Source: a virus | Length of the DNA stretch: 13,306 bases | Virus record (IMG/VR): IMGVR_UViG_3300045988_153975 | Direction: 5' to 3' (one strand) | Position numbers and translations under genes: made by a program | Shown: piece after piece, positions 13,108 to 13,306 of the stretch | How the letters are laid out: the number at the start of each line of letters is the position of its first letter | Position numbering within the stretch: position 1 is the stretch's first letter | Notes under the pieces: generated by a model | Told to the model about the DNA's origin: nothing | The model's database searches: none | What the model saw: only the letters and a program-made list of their open reading frames with translations

Positions 13108-13306
13108 ATGTTTCTCCTTTCATTTAAAACTGTTATCTTGTTTCTAAAAAGATTATAGCACACTAGTTATTCTTTGTCAACAACTATTTTATATTAACTA
13201 AAACTTGTGCTGTTAACAATTCTAGTGCATAGACAAGTGCATGTGGGAACTTTAGTGTGGTGAAGCGTTAATGCGTTACCACTTTAATGTGCTAAAGTAC
13301 TACCAC
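13100..13306. repeat. Right inverted terminal repeat (ITR-R), 207 bp
   Basis: It is the perfect reverse complement of 1..207. Confidence 0.97.
13152..13180 (-). promoter_or_regulatory. Consensus promoter inside ITR-R (early, right arm)
   Basis: This is the mirror copy of 127..155: TTGACA, 17 nt, TGcTATAAT on the - strand. It probably drives the replication operon. Confidence 0.85.

Noticed and set aside
1-13306. tRNA, rRNA, integrase, transposase or lysogeny genes
   Set aside because: I found no cloverleaf-like sequence, recombinase motif or repressor-type gene. The gene content looks strictly lytic.

Overview
The window reads as a complete linear genome (13,306 bp) of a very small phi29-like, protein-primed podophage, probably infecting a Firmicute. 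The host guess rests on strong AAAGGAGG-type ribosome-binding sites (RBS), consensus sigma-A promoters and a CW_7-like wall-binding motif. The genome is bounded by perfect 207-bp inverted terminal repeats (ITRs), each carrying a consensus extended -10 promoter that fires inward. The left promoter drives two small + strand genes that end at a bidirectional terminator. Everything else is on the - strand. From the right end the order is: small terminal paralog, possible 29-aa micro-ORF, putative terminal protein, family-B protein-primed DNA polymerase. Next come an internal consensus promoter, two small early genes, a terminator and the packaging ATPase. A late promoter with a structured, terminator-ended leader follows. 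The late genes are a small membrane protein, repeat-containing scaffold, major capsid protein, tail knob, an unlisted 59-aa CW_7-like ORF, a two-domain peptidoglycan hydrolase, connector, lower collar and a beta-helix appendage. Main observations: (1) an 18-bp palindrome ATGTTTCACGTGAAACAT whose 14-bp core recurs four times at regulatory-looking positions; (2) intrinsic terminators placed directly before the RBS of the ATPase gene and of the first late gene, suggesting antitermination or a discrete ~100-nt RNA; (3) a possible PlyC-like two-component lysin; (4) a three-member small-protein family at both termini, with the ITR boundary falling at codon 3. All homology statements come from motif recognition and recalled phi29 protein sequences. 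No database search was run.
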